Below, piece by piece: positions 42,540-55,636 of a stretch of DNA of 64,000 bases (position 1 is its first letter; each line of letters opens with the position of its first letter). Both the position numbers and the translations under genes were made by a program. The stretch comes from Mantamonas sphyraenae STR306. Lineage: Eukaryota; Protista; CRuMs. The notes below the pieces were generated by a model that made no database searches, was not told the origin of the DNA, and saw only the letters and a list, made by a program, of their open reading frames with translations. Location: assembly GCA_026936335.1 (NCBI GenBank), contig JAPMXV010000008.1:62001-126000 (forward strand), written 5' to 3'.

Positions 42540-45346
42540 ATGAGCACCTCCAATCGACATCTGACACCCAGGCGCATCGATTTCGACAAAGCATGGCCTC
42601 CCGTGCGTGACGAGCTCGAGGCGATCATGCGCAACGAAAACACAAGCACCACCTCCATGGAGGAGCTGTACAGGTGAGTCACCACACGTCGTGCGTGCAT
42701 AAAGGGCGGGAAGGGGGGGAAGGGGGCGAGTAGAACACAACAGAGGAGGCAGAGAGCTGTGAGCTGGCGCGGTTACTGCTCTCTTTGGGTGGGCATCTTC
42801 CCAGGAAAGCGCAAGAATTCGAGCAAAGCCGTCCACGGACGCACTGACGGACGTGTACCCATCCCACCCGCAGGACCATCTATCACTTTTGCATCGCACG
42901 TCCCAAGCCGCTCAGTGACGCCACGTACACTGCCCTGAAGGAGTTTTTGGACGGGCACGCAGAAAACGAGCTGAACGTGGGTTGAAGACTCGGCTTGGCA
43001 CACACGCCCTCCATTTCCACGCTCACACTCTCCCGTACACCACACACACACACACCACCACCCAACGACTGTGTGCACCGTCTGCACATCCCACGCTCCA
43101 CAGTTTCTGCTGGACCACCAGAGCGGTGACATCCTCAAAGTGTTCCACGAGAGCTGGACGAAATTCCACTTTGGCGGGATCTGCCTCTCGCGTCCCATGC
43201 GCTACTTGGTAGGTTGAGTGAGTGTAGCCAACGCGACGTACGTTACACACAAAGAGACGCATGCTGACTCGAGTGGCCGCGCACAGAACCAACACCACGT
43301 GCTGAACAGCTCGAAGCAGTCGCGGAGCTCATTCCGCAGCGCACGGCCCAAGAAGGAACTGTTTGAGGTGCACATTGTGAGTTACGGCCACTGTTGTGCG
43401 CTTCGTGTCTCGTGGTGCCAGTCTATACTCACGCCACACCTGTGCTTGTTGCAGCTGGCCTGGATGGCTTTTCGTCAGCGGGTGTTTACACCGCTGAAGG
43501 ACCGCATTACACACAACCTGCTGCAACAGATTGCCCTGCTACGTGACGGCGAACAAGTTGACACGCAAGTGCTGGCTGGTGTCATCCAAAGCTACGGTGA
43601 GTGACCGACAGAGGCAGCACGCGCGCACACACAGGACACCGTTGCTGACACAGCGAGATGCCCACCACAGTGCAAATGGGAGAGACCACACCCAGCAAAC
43701 AGCTGGAATTGTACAAAACGCAGTTGGAACGGCCGTTGCTGGAGCAGACGGGCGAGTTTTACGCACGTGAAGCGGCGCTGTTTGCTGCGAGCAGCTCGTG
43801 CGCAGACTACATGAAGAAGGCAGAGACACGGCTGGGGTTTGAAGAGTCGTTGTGCAAGCTGTACTTGGACAAGAGCACGCACGTGCCGCTGCTGACAATC
43901 GTGGAAGAGAAACTGGTGCAGTCGCAGGCGGCCATGCTGCAGAGCGAATTCCCAACTCTGCTACACAACGAGAGTCACGCAGACATGACACGCATGTACA
44001 ATCTGTTGCGTCGCATTGCAAATGGCACCGCGGGCATGCAGGAGGAGCTCAAGAAACACATTGTGCGTGTTGGCGGCGAACGGCTGGACAAACTGGAGCA
44101 GGACCACACCGCGTCGAGCAGCAGTGGAGCAAAGCAGAGCAAAGCATCGCGGCGCAGGCGTATGGATCCCACTGCGTTTGTGGAAGCCATGTTGTCGTTG
44201 ACCACAGAGTTCTCGGCGTTGGTGGTGCGGTGCTTCTCCAGCGACAGCCAGTTTGTGCGTGCGATGGATCAGGCGCTGACGTCTGTGCTGAACAAGCACC
44301 GTCGTGCACCAGAACTGCTGGCCAAGTACTGCGACCGGCTGCTGCGCAAGGGGAGCAAGCAGTTGGACGACCAGAGCCTGGAGCAGAAGCTGAACGAGCT
44401 GGTGGTCGTGTTCAAGTACCTGAACAACACCGACGTCTTTCTCAAGTTCTACAGCAATGCGCTGGCAAAGCGCCTGATTCAAGGTGCGTCGGGATCGGAT
44501 TATGCAGAGGAAACGATGATCAGCAAGCTGAAAACGGCACGAGGGTACGAGTACACGTCGAAGCTGCAACGCATGTTTACAGACATGTCACTAAGCACCG
44601 ACTTGAATGCCCTGTACCAAGAGAGCTCGCAGGCTGTGGCAAACCTGAGCGTGATGGTGCTGACGTCAGGGTCTTGGCCGCTGGCGCAGCCGAAAACGCA
44701 GTTTCTGCCGCCGGAGGAGCTGCGTGCGGCGTGCGACTCGTTTGCTTCGTTCTACGAGGATGCACACCAGGGGCGGCAGCTGTTGTGGATGCATTTGTAC
44801 AGCAAGGCCGAGCTGCGGCCGCTGTACACGAAGAAGCGGTACGAATGGAGCGTGACGGTGCACCAGGCGGCGGTGCTGCTGCAGTTTGACCGTGAAGAGG
44901 ACGTGCAATTGAGTGCCGAGGAGGTGGGCCAGGGGGTGGCGCTGGACGGGGACATGGTGAACGATTTGCTCACGTCGCTGACGGACGCCAAAGTGTTGTT
45001 GAGTGCCGAGGCGGGCAAGTATGCACTCAACACCAAGTTTGCGTCCAAACGCTATCGGGTGAAGATTTCCAGTGTCATGCAGCAGGAAACGGCGGAGGAG
45101 AGCGAAAAGGTGCACAAGCACGTGCTGGAGGAACGGAGGTTGCAGGCACAGGCAGCCATTGTGCGCATTATGAAGACGCGGCGCAAGCTTGCGCACACGA
45201 TGCTGGTGACGGAGACAATCCGGCAACTGGAGTCGCGGTTCCCGGTCAGCGTGAGCATGCTGAAGAAGTGCATCGAGCAGCTGATTGAGAAGCAGTATCT
45301 CGAGCGAGACGAGCACGCACGGGATGTGTATTTGTATGTCGCGTGA
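42540..45346 (+). CDS. Cullin (CUL1/CUL2-like), multi-exon
   Basis: PRRIDFDKAW N-terminus; APELLAKYCD, DVFLKFY..LAKRLI, KLQRMFTD and QAAIVRIMK neddylation motifs. Confidence 0.95.
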
Positions 45347-45437
45347 GTGGGAAGGCGTGGTGGGTGTGTAAGGAGAATGTGGAATGCAGCACTTGCCCCG
45401 GCGGCCTCAGTGATGGAGAGGGTGATGTGTGATCGCG

Positions 45438-46145
45438 TCAAACACACTCGGGCAAATCCGCCCTACGGCCGCACGAGAAAAACAGAATCAAATAGAGGAT
45501 AGCAAGGAGGAGGAGCATGAGAAAGACACGAAAGGCAGTGCTGCTCCACCAGTGTTTGGCCTGCAGGCGGCGGGAGTTGCGCTTGAAGGAGAAGCTGTTC
45601 TTGTTCAGCTCCATCGTCTTGCGCAGCGTGTCGTCGATGTTCTCGCCGCGAGCAATCACCTTTTCCCGATTCAGCGTCACAATCCCAATCAGCTCATCCA
45701 TTTCCTGTTTGAGTTCGGCCAACTTGTCCCTGCACTGCTGCAGCTCCGTTTCGATCAACGCCCCCAACGACGCGTCCAGCTCATGTGCCTGTGCCTGTGC
45801 AGCAAAAAGCACGTAGTCCTTGGCAAAGGCCAGCTGCAGGCGTGCCAGCATCTCGAAACAGGGTCTGCGTGACACGTCGGCGTCTGCAACGCAGGCAAAC
45901 GCGTACGTGTGTCCCTGTTGGGTCCACAGCAGCACATGGTACTGCTTCCCTTCCATACTATAGCTGAAGCGACCCTCCTTGTGATCCTGGGTGGCCTTGG
46001 CCACCAGCCGTGAGGCCACAAACGGGGTGTTGTCCCGTTGCGTGCGCGTGGTGAGGGACTTTGCCCAGCCATGCGCGAGAACAACCGACTCCCGCGCCAC
46101 CACACCGTACGTCAGGTCCACAGAGGGTGGTGAGGAAGACGCCAT
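45438..46145 (-). CDS. VAMP7: Longin R-SNARE, VAMP7-like
   Basis: YGVVARESVVLA longin start; VIARGENID SNARE motif; C-terminal TM plus Cys tail. Confidence 0.88.
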   Translation of the reverse strand: MASSSPPSVDLTYGVVARESVVLAHGWAKSLTTRTQRDNTPFVASRLVAKATQDHKEGRFSYSMEGKQYHVLLWTQQGHTYAFACVADADVSRRPCFEMLARLQLAFAKDYVLFAAQAQAHELDASLGALIETELQQCRDKLAELKQEMDELIGIVTLNREKVIARGENIDDTLRKTMELNKNSFSFKRNSRRLQAKHWWSSTAFRVFLMLLLLAILYLILFFSCGRRADLPECV

Positions 46146-46211
46146 GTGAGAGAGAGAAAGGGAGAGAGTGTGAGATTTGGATGGCCTGCCCTCGCCGGCG
46201 CAAAAGAAAAC

Positions 46212-49200
46212 ATGGACGACGACGACGCCTTTGCCATTGGCGACGATGACGACGACCTGTTTGTGATTGATGACACAGACACAGACACAGAGACAGGCAG
46301 AGGGGCTGAGGCTGAGGCTACAGAGGCTACAGAGGCTACAGAGGCAACAGAGGCAACAGGTGCAACTCAGACGGAGGATCTGGCCACCGTGGGTCTGTTT
46401 GGCGACTTGGAGATCAAAACGCCGCGGCGACACGTGCCAGGAAGCGACAGCCACAACGACGACGGGGATGTGGAGGGTGTGGACTCGCCACACATTGGAA
46501 TGGTGGATTTTGGGTTTGACGATGACGATGACATGCTGATGGGTAGCGGGGGAGGCGGCGGCGGTGTTCAAGCGCTGCTCCAGGAGGAAGGACGAGAGCG
46601 ACGAGGCAGCACAGCATCCAACAACATCTCCAGCCTGTTGGACAGCATGACCAACCTGTTTCCGGACGACGATGAGCTGCTGATGGGCTTTGGGGAGACG
46701 ACGACGCAGGGGCGGCAGGACGACGACCACAACGACGCCGCCGCCGTGGACGAGGACGACCACACGGTGCTGGTGGACTTTGAAAGGGAAACCACAGAGG
46801 CAGGGGTGGACAGTGACAAGACCAGCAGCAGCAGCGAGACGAACAGCCATGGCGAGGGGGTGCGTGCCAAGGTGGAGGCGCTGCAGTGGTGAGTTCGTGG
46901 AGGGAAAAGGGCAAACGCACGCTCGGCATACCGACTCAATGAGCACCACTGACACTGCCCACACATGTTCACTGCACGCAGGCCGGACAATCTCAACTAT
47001 GCTCTGGGTCACACGGCACCGGGTGATCTGGTGCTCAAGATATGCCGCGAGGCAGACATGCGCACCACACCGCTGCCCCAAGAGCTTCGCGGAGAGGTGT
47101 ACAAGGTGACTCATTATTCCACACACACACACACACGCACGCCCACACACTCACTCACTGACACACACACACACACATACACACACACACACGCAGCATC
47201 TGCTGATGACAACAAGCGAGGCAGCGTTGGATGCCCAGCTGGAACAGTGGGATGGGAAAATGGACCTGAGCGAACAGGCGGTCGTGGAGAGCGACTGTGT
47301 CAACACACGCACGGAAGACCCTGCGTACACCATCCAAGTGCGGTGGGCATTGGAGAGGGTGATTACCATGGTGTGCAAGTGCAAGGAGGTGACGTACGCG
47401 TCGTCGTTGTGCCTGAACGACCTCGCTTCACCCCTCATGCTGTTGGACCTCACCGACAGGGACATTTTCCAGTGTGTGGACGGCCTCCTGTCACGCTTCC
47501 TGCCCTCCACGTTCCCACAGCTGGGACAGAGTCTGCGTGGGTGCACACACATGCTGACGCTGCTGCTGCGGTACCACGAGCCCGAACTGGCTGCGTTTCT
47601 GCAACGGCAGGGCATTGACACGCACGAGTTTGCCACCAGTTGGTTTGCCACGCTGATGGCCAGTGCCATGAGCGAGGTGCACCTGGTACACAGGCTGTGG
47701 GACTATCTCATCACCAGCCCGCACACCTTTATGGTGTACTTTGCCGCCCTGGCACTGATGAAGGCCAACCAAGAGATGGTGTTGGCCATGGAGAACAGAG
47801 AGGTGATTGTGCAAATGCTGCGCACCATGCGTGTGAGCAGCGAGGAGCAGTTGCACACGCTGGTGGACGCCATGGAGGCGTATCGTGCAGTGACCCCACA
47901 GACCTTTGAACGCGAGTGTATGCTGCTTCACACGGGCTCTCCACACGAGAGCAGCCGCCTGGACAGCAGTTTGGAGGCGTTGGGTGCACGTGGGCAGTTG
48001 CAGATCAGCGTGCGCGAAATGGTGGCCCAATCCACCTTTAACCAGGGCACCATGTCCGCCCTCAAGTTTCTGCTGGTGGACATGCGCAGTGCAGACGACT
48101 TTCAGGCCGGCCATCTGCCCACCGCCATGTTTGTGCAGCCCGAGACACCACAGGAGGAGCTGCTGGACATGTTTGCCTTTGCCAAGGAGGGCCAGGATCA
48201 CGTGTGCTTCACAGGCTACGGCGACACACAGGCGGACACACACATGCTGGCGTTTGTGGACAGGCTAGTGACGCGTGAACGATGGCCGCACATCAGCACC
48301 CTGGAGGGCGGCTATGCAGCCTGCCATGACATACACCTCAAGCGCGACGTCGACCTCCCGGGCCATTCGGCACAGCAATGTCCACTGTGTCAGGCGCCTC
48401 AGGGAGGCAAGCGGTCCCTCAGCGGTCTCAAGAACTGGTTTGCAGGCGCCGCACGGGGCAAAGACGACGGCGACAACAGCGACGACGTGGAACGCACACA
48501 AGAAGCGACGACGACAGCAGCGGGCACGGTGGCCACAGGGACAGATGGGGGCGAGAACGACGGGAATGAGAACAGTGGAAGCGGCGGTGGCGGTGGGTTC
48601 TTGGGCTTCTCCAAGATGCGCTCGTTGTTTGACAAGCGTGAGCAGCAGGGGAGCCAGCAGCAGGGAGGCGACGACACTGGGTCGGGATCGTCGTCGAATG
48701 GAAGCGAGGGAAACGGGGGCGGGGTGGGAGGGGCGTTGTCGTCGTTTCTGGGCATTCGCAAGTCGGAGGAGACGGCGAGAGATGGGCAGGAGCAGAAGGC
48801 GAAGGAGGGAGACAAAGAGATGCAGAAGCAACAACATGAGGGTGTGGGAAACAACAACAGAGGGGAGCAGGCGGACGACATGTTTGCCATTGGGGACAGC
48901 GACGACGAACACGAAGACGGGGAAGATGCGTTTGGGGCGCTTGCAGCAGCTGGAGGCAACGGCATGCCGCAGGTGGCAGATGCACAGGTGGAGGCGGCAA
49001 CAACGGCAGCCGAGTTGGAGCAACAGGCGCAACGGGAGGCCAGGATGGCAGAGCAAGACGGGGAGGAAGGTGGGGACAACGTGAAGGACAACGGCAACGA
49101 CCAAGACGGACACGAGGAGGAACAGGCACAAGAGGGCATCGGAAGCGGATTCAGCACGCTGTTCTCTAGGCTCAAGGTGGGCAACAGTGGCAGCGAGGAG

Positions 49201-50004
49201 AAGGAAGGCAAGGAGGAAGGCGGAAGCGGGAGCGGTGGCAGTGGCGGTGGGATGGGCTTCAAGTCGCTGTTTGGACGTATGAAGTCGACGGACGAGGGAG
49301 GGGATGCGACAACATCGTCAGCGTCGACTGTGACGACGGGTGCAGGATACAAGGCATCCACGGGGTATTCGTTTGGCGGGCAGGAGGGTGCGGGCAAGCT
49401 GATGAGCAAGCTGTTTTCATCGGGAGGCGGGAGTGGCAGCAGTAGCAGCAGCAACAACAACAACAGCAACAGTACAGATGGAGGAGATGAGGAGGAGGAT
49501 GGCCAAGGGGCAGTGCAGCAAAGGCGCACGGCAGAGATTGTTGAGGATGAGGTGGCATTGGGATACAGCAGCACGCAGGCAAAGGGATTGCCGAGGAAAC
49601 TGGCGGAGCTGTACTTCTACTTCAAGGAAAAGGATGCGCCGTGTGTGGAGGTGGAGTCGTGGGTGCGCAAGGGTACCAAGTATGGCTTCCCATGTCACCA
49701 GGTGGAGGCCGATGGGCGGCAGCTGCCGCGGTATCTGGTGGTGAGCCAGGACAACGTGATTTGCATCCGTGCAGACACAAAGAACAGAGGCTACGGCTTC
49801 TTCACCTTTCGCATCCCGCTGGACAACCTGGTAAACATGGTGCTGAAGCGCAAGGCTCCCACCCTGATGGTGTTGGACTTTGACCTGGCACTGGACGACA
49901 ACGACGAGGAGTATTCTGTTTACTACCGCTTTGTGTGCCTCATGCCCGACGCCAAGCTGGTGCAACAGTGCAAAAAGGTCATCAGCAAGGCAAAGGGAGG
50001 ATGA
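46212..50004 (+). CDS. TBC1D23: TBC + rhodanese + C-terminal PH-like protein, TBC1D23-like
   Basis: LRGEVYK, LLLRYHEPEL, WFATL and LWDY TBC motifs; VDMRSADDFQAGHLP rhodanese; FPCHQV..PRYLVV C-domain. Confidence 0.85.
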
Positions 50005-50110
50005 ACGCTGCGCTGCGCACGCCGCGAATGAACCCAACCCTTCTTCGTTCACCCGTGGAGAGTCGCCCAGTGTGCACGGAAGCAAGCAGTAGACGTTTTA
50101 ACTCAGTAGC

Positions 50111-51755
50111 ATGTTGGCGTGGGTGCTTGGGGCCTTTGCGTGGGTGCTGCTGTTGCTTGGGCTGCAGTTTGTCTATGGGCAGGTGACACATCCATGGGCA
50201 GTGTGGATGCACGTGCATGGCCTGGCTGTGTCCAATGGCATGATGACGTGGTCCACCGAGCGACACCTTCGCTGGCTTCTCTCCTGGGTGCGTCCTCGTC
50301 GCTCGCTGGTGCGCAAATGGTTCGTCCTGGGCTCGGCGGCCACCCTCGTGCTCATCCCCTGCAGTCTCTACCTGTTGTGGACAAACCTCACCGCCAATCT
50401 GCACTATGTGTGGGCTTGGCTGACAAGTGCAACTCCGGACACCGATGCATACGCACCCGTGCTACAGCCTTTGGTGAGCATGACTCAGGAAAACGGGAGC
50501 TTCTCTCTCGCCCTTCCGGAGCTGACACGATCCAATCCCAATTTCGCACAGCTTCCTGGGGTCAATCTGCCTCGCTTCGACCTGGTGTACATATTCGTGG
50601 CCCTGCTGGTGAATGCAGTGGTACACGAAGCCGGCCATGCGATGGCTGCCGTAAGGTAGGAGCAAGGAGAGGGAGAGTGCGTGTGTGTGTGCTGCGAAAA
50701 TTCCGTCGTGCTGACGTGGCGGCGTGCATCCACCCAGCGAGGGCATTCCCATCGGCAAAGCCGGTGTGTTTGTGATGCTTGTGTATCCAGGGGCGTTTGT
50801 GGAGCTGGACAGGGCTGCGGAGGGACTTGGTCGATGGAGCAGGCTGCGTGTGTTTGGGGCTGGGGCGTGGCACAATCTGGTGCTCGCCTGTGTGGCCTTC
50901 CTGCTTCTACAGGCCTCCTTCCTCCCCTACGAGGATGTTTCTGAACACGGGGTCAGTGTAGAAAGTGTACATCCGGGCTCTGTGCTGGAGGGTGCGTTGA
51001 AGCCGTGTGATACGCTTGTCGAGCTGAACGGCTGTGCCACAAGGGGCTCCACGGCCTTTTATGGCTGCTTGCAACGGGTGTGTGGGCAGAGAGCGGCCGA
51101 AACGCGTCAATTCTGCGTGGATGGTGCGCAGCTAAGGCAATGGGGGGTGGCAGGAGACCAGGAGCATCCGTGTTGTGATGCAGACAGCCGCAGGAGACTT
51201 GAATGTTACGCGGACACACAAGCCACACAGTATGGGTCGGCTGTGTGTCTTGGGGCAAAGCACACGCTGGCACCGAGTGCATGCGAGGTGTGCCAGGCCG
51301 CAGGAAAGCGGTGTATCGCGATGCAGCTCGAGGGCACAGGAGTCAGCAATCAGAGTGCGCGGTACGTGGTACGCGTACAGGATCAAGGCAAATCAAGGGT
51401 TGAGCATGGCGATGGGACGACGTCGACACGTACTCTGGTGGTGTTTGGCACATGTTCGGACCTGGTGGGCGTGACAGTGTCTGATTTCCGGGGCCGATCG
51501 CAGTTTGCCTGCTCGGCCCGGGTACGGGCCTGGATAGATGTGGCACAGAACCAACTGCGTTACATGGTGTCCCTTGGCCTTGGTCTTGCGGTCCTTAACG
51601 TCTGTCCGACATACATGCTGGACGGCGAATGGTGTGTGCGGTCGCTGGGCATGCTCGGCTTCACTAAGCGTGCACAACGCCTGATTCTCGGCCTGGGTTC
51701 GAGTCTCTTTGTCGCCAACCTGATCAGCATGGTGTTGGGTGTCTGGGTGGCATGA
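50111..51755 (+). CDS. MBTPS2: Site-2 protease (M50), 3 exons
   Basis: LPGVNLP, VHEAGHA, PGAFV, AGAWHN, PDZ/Cys-rich insert and LNVCPTYMLDG. Confidence 0.93.
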
Positions 51756-51823
51756 TGGATGGAGGAAGTGAGGCGGGAGAATGATAATGCACACCCTGCG
51801 CTCGTGCACCCAACCCACCACCC

Positions 51824-53137
51824 ATGTCCAAAAGCGAATCGGTGTTTCGTGCTTGGGAGAAACGCTTCCGAAGGGGTCCTCTGGGTAAGAGGGCACGTGG
51901 GGCAAAGAAGAAGCGCAAGATGGTCGACGGCGCACGGGACCCTGGAGGGGAGGACAATCATAGCAGCAGCAGCAGCAGCAGTAATAGGAACAGCCTGGAT
52001 GTGGACAATGTGGATGTGGATTACGATGCAGAGGCTGTGGATGAGTTGATGGGCCAACATGGCGGGTACGTGTACGATTTCGGTCGCTTGGAGCAGAATT
52101 CGCAGGAAATGCGGGCCAACATCGACGTGGTGGACATGAGCCAGGTGGAAGAGAGGGCGGTGGATGGCGTGGGCGATGGACGCACCACAAATCGGGAGTG
52201 GCGTGTGTATGGCCTGCGCAACGCGCCTGGGTTCCGCTTTGTGGTCAATCCGTTCACGGCGGCGCAACAGCGGGCGTGGACGACCACTTGCCTCACCGAG
52301 TACACGCGTGCACCCAACAACACAAACCTACATGCGTTCTATCACGTGCCACACGACCTGTGGGCCAGTGCACACGGGCGGGCAGGCGCCGAGTCGTCGT
52401 CGTCGACGACGATGATGCAGCTGCAGGGCGAGAGTGCCACCACAGGCGGGGGCCAGCAGGATACGCCACAGGGCACAGAGGCTACGTTTGATCAAAGCAC
52501 ATTTGGGGCAGTGGAGGAGCCAAAAAAGAAAGTGGCAGCGAGTGAGCTGCTGCGGAAGCTGCGCTGGGCTTCGCTGGGGTTTCAGTACGACTGGACGATG
52601 CGCACGTACCACGACAGCCACCGAGAGACGTTTCCAGAGGCACTGCAGAAGCTGAGTGCAGGCTTGCTTGCGGCATTGGGGCAGGATGAAGCATACAAGG
52701 CGGAGGCGGCGATCATCAACTTTTCGCACACCAATTCGAGGATGAGTGGACACAAAGACGACGCCGAGAGTTGCGATGCGCCAATTGTGTCGATCAGCTT
52801 TGGTCACACGGCGGTGTTTCTTCTGGGAGGCGACAGTGTGGACGAGGAGCCGCAGGCGGTGTTGATCCGCAGCGGCGACATTGTGCTGCTCGCAGGAGAA
52901 TGCCGCTTTGCCGTCCACGCGGTGCCTCTGATCATGGAAAACACTCTGCCGCCGTGGATGACGACGGAGGCGATGCATGTTGGCGAGGAGGAGGACCACA
53001 GCTCCACTTGGCACGAGGTGGCTGCCTGGATGGCCAACTCGCGTGTGAATCTCAACGTGCGTCAGGTGTTGCCACAGGGAGTGGATTCGCTGGCCGGGTT
53101 GGATGAGATGGATGAGGAGGAGGGTGGAAAAAGGTAG
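51824..53137 (+). CDS. ALKBH1: AlkB homolog 1 dioxygenase
   Basis: PGFRFVVNPF, KLRWASLGFQYDW, EAAIINF, GHKD, SISFG, HAVP and RVNLNVRQV motifs. Confidence 0.93.
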   Translation: MSKSESVFRAWEKRFRRGPLGKRARGAKKKRKMVDGARDPGGEDNHSSSSSSSNRNSLDVDNVDVDYDAEAVDELMGQHGGYVYDFGRLEQNSQEMRANIDVVDMSQVEERAVDGVGDGRTTNREWRVYGLRNAPGFRFVVNPFTAAQQRAWTTTCLTEYTRAPNNTNLHAFYHVPHDLWASAHGRAGAESSSSTTMMQLQGESATTGGGQQDTPQGTEATFDQSTFGAVEEPKKKVAASELLRKLRWASLGFQYDWTMRTYHDSHRETFPEALQKLSAGLLAALGQDEAYKAEAAIINFSHTNSRMSGHKDDAESCDAPIVSISFGHTAVFLLGGDSVDEEPQAVLIRSGDIVLLAGECRFAVHAVPLIMENTLPPWMTTEAMHVGEEEDHSSTWHEVAAWMANSRVNLNVRQVLPQGVDSLAGLDEMDEEEGGKR

Positions 53138-53175
53138 CAATACAGTAGCGGCACATTGGCCACAACAAACCCAAC

Positions 53176-54111
53176 ATGTCGACCCGCCCTGAATTGCACT
53201 CGATCTCCTGGTCGCACTACAACGACGCTGTGCGTCTGCTGTTTGCGTACACAAACACGCCGTACGACGAGCACTCGCACCTGCCCCTTCTGCACATGAA
53301 GCACATCAAGGCGTTGACGGGCGGCAAGCAGACAAGCACACCGGTGGTCAGGACGGCTGAGGGCAAGCTGCTCACAGAGTCTGTGGACATCTTCAAGAGT
53401 GTGGCCGAGAAGCATGCGTGGTTGCTTCCGGAAGGAGAAAGCGAGGAAATTCTCGAGTTCATGGAAGACGTGGGGAACAAGTTTGGCAAGGCCGCACGCC
53501 TGGCCGGGTACCGTCGCGTGATGGACTCAACCATGGCAGTGTTCAAGTACGCCATGCGCAACGATGTGGATCTTGCAGAGCGTGCAGCGCTTGCCGTCAC
53601 GTTCCCGCTTGTGGCGTTCATCCTGGCAAAGGCCATCCGCTACGACGACGATGCCATGCTGGCCAAATCGGTGGAGGAGATTGATCGCGTGTTTGCGGTG
53701 GTGGACAAACGACTGGAGGAGAACAAGACGGAGTATCTGTACGGGGACGAGCCCACGGCCGCCGACCTTTACTTTGCCGGCCTGGCAGCACCCGTGGTGT
53801 TGCCCAAACGGTATGGCATGAGCATCGGACCGCTGCCACCGGTGAGCGAACTGACCAGTGATGCGCAAACTGCAGTGGAGGAGGCACGTAAGCGTCCAGC
53901 AGGCAAACTGGCACTCAAGGTGTACGAAAAGGCACCTGTGGTGGCTGTGAGGAGCACACCGAGCAGCAGGGGCGTGGGATTGATGTTTCCCATCCATTTT
54001 GTGCTGAATCTCCTGACGATTGTGATTGTGTTTGTGATGGTAGTGAGTAAGGTGCTGATGGGGAAGTTGTTTGCACGAGGCAACGGGGGCAAGACCAAGA
54101 AGAAGGAGTGA
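53176..54111 (+). CDS. Glutathione S-transferase-like protein with C-terminal TM anchor
   Basis: SHY, TPV..ESVDI and YLYGDEPTAADL GST motifs; hydrophobic tail followed by basic residues. Confidence 0.8.
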   Translation: MSTRPELHSISWSHYNDAVRLLFAYTNTPYDEHSHLPLLHMKHIKALTGGKQTSTPVVRTAEGKLLTESVDIFKSVAEKHAWLLPEGESEEILEFMEDVGNKFGKAARLAGYRRVMDSTMAVFKYAMRNDVDLAERAALAVTFPLVAFILAKAIRYDDDAMLAKSVEEIDRVFAVVDKRLEENKTEYLYGDEPTAADLYFAGLAAPVVLPKRYGMSIGPLPPVSELTSDAQTAVEEARKRPAGKLALKVYEKAPVVAVRSTPSSRGVGLMFPIHFVLNLLTIVIVFVMVVSKVLMGKLFARGNGGKTKKKE

Positions 54112-54170
54112 GTGTCATGGGTGGAAAGAGAGAGAGAGTGAGAGAAGTGATTTCCATGATACATTTTTTT

Positions 54171-55503
54171 TCACACATAGGTTGTGTTTTCCAGCTCCTG
54201 GACGATGGCACGAATCATCTCGTTGTCGCCGAGCGAGTCGAGCTCGCTGTAGATTTGTTGGACGAGGTCGTCGAGGACCTGTTTGGTGTACTCGAAGGAG
54301 CCCGTGTTGTGCATGACATTGATTGCGTGACGCTTGAGTTCGACGTCCTCTGTCTTTTGCTTGAGGATGTTGATGAGCTGGGTGTCTTCGGGTTCGGAGC
54401 GGATGCTGTGGATGATGGGGAAGGAGAACTTGCCCTCGGTGAGATCCTCGGCAAAGCTCTTGTTCTTGTGGTACTCTTCAGAGACGAGGTTGATGTAGTC
54501 GTCGCGCACCTGGAAGTAGTACCCGAGCAGGTTGACGAGGGTGGTAAAGTCCTTGTCGCACTCGCTAAAGGCTGCCATCAGGCGAGTGGCCAATCGAAAC
54601 AGGCCGCCGGTTTCTGTGTTCGAGTGGTGGGTGAGTGTTGCGGGTGAGCAGGGTGGGAAAGAGTGTGAGCGGGCCACGAGAGGGAGATGGGGGGGGGGGA
54701 GTGCAGCAACGACAAAGTAACCCCCCAAGCACCACCACAACGTACTGTCTTCGACCATGCCACGGTACTGCTCCTCTGTGGGGCAGCTGACCGAGTCGCG
54801 CCAGTAGATGTCGAGACCCTGGCCTCGGTGGAGATTGAGCAGCTCCTCGGAGAAGACGGAGACGAGCTCAAACTTGCCAAACTTCATGAGCACGTCGAGA
54901 GCGCGGAAGTACACGTAGTTGGCGCAGTTAATTACAATGGGCATGCCGTAGATGTTGTGTGCGACTGTGGGACAAGGCGTGTGAGGGGAGGGGGGGGGGG
55001 GAACACGCGGGTGTGTGAGCGCTGTGTGCAGTGCAGGCGAGAGGAGAATGAACAACGGCAACGGACCAGGCGAGCCACGGCGCAGGGTGGAATTGTCCTC
55101 GATGTCATCAATGCTGTGTGGGGTGGGAGGAAGGGGACATGACAGGCAGCAGAGAAGCAGAGTGAGTGAGTGAGTGAGTGAAGGAGCACCCGAGGGGTTT
55201 GTGTGTGTGTGGTACCTACAGCAGGCTAGCGTTGTGGAGCATCTCGATCACGGAGCCGATGTCCTTGAGGATGTCGTCGTCGACCTTGAGCCACTGGTTG
55301 AATGCGGCCATCATCTTTGTGCGGATGCCTTTGCCGGAGAGCTTGGTGAGGTAGCGGTAGGGTTCCATGATGACTTTGGGTACGAGGTGCTTGCTTGGGG
55401 TGTGCTCGAATTCGGTGGACACTTCGGATAAGAGGTGGTGATCCTCCGATCCACTGGCGCTTCCGAGGCTGCTTGTGCGCAGGAGTTTGTCGTTGGTGCT
55501 CAT
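54171..55503 (-). CDS. GGPS1: Geranylgeranyl pyrophosphate synthase, multi-exon
   Basis: GKGIR, LHNASLL|IDDIED, LHRGQGLD, KTGGLF, FQVRDDY and EDLTEGKFSFP motifs. Confidence 0.95.
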
Positions 55504-55636
55504 TTGTGCAACGTGTGTGCGGCGGATGGGTGTTGAATGGAACACGTGAGCGCTTGTTTGACGAGACGATTTGGGGGTCCTTCGCTTGGTCTCGCCTGCG
55601 CTGCGCAGCGACATCCAACCCACTCCGATCCTCACC

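Noticed and set aside
46313-46357. 9-bp tandem repeat GAGGCTACA/GAGGCAACA
   Set aside because: A simple coding repeat (EAT)n in the disordered TBC1D23 N-terminus.
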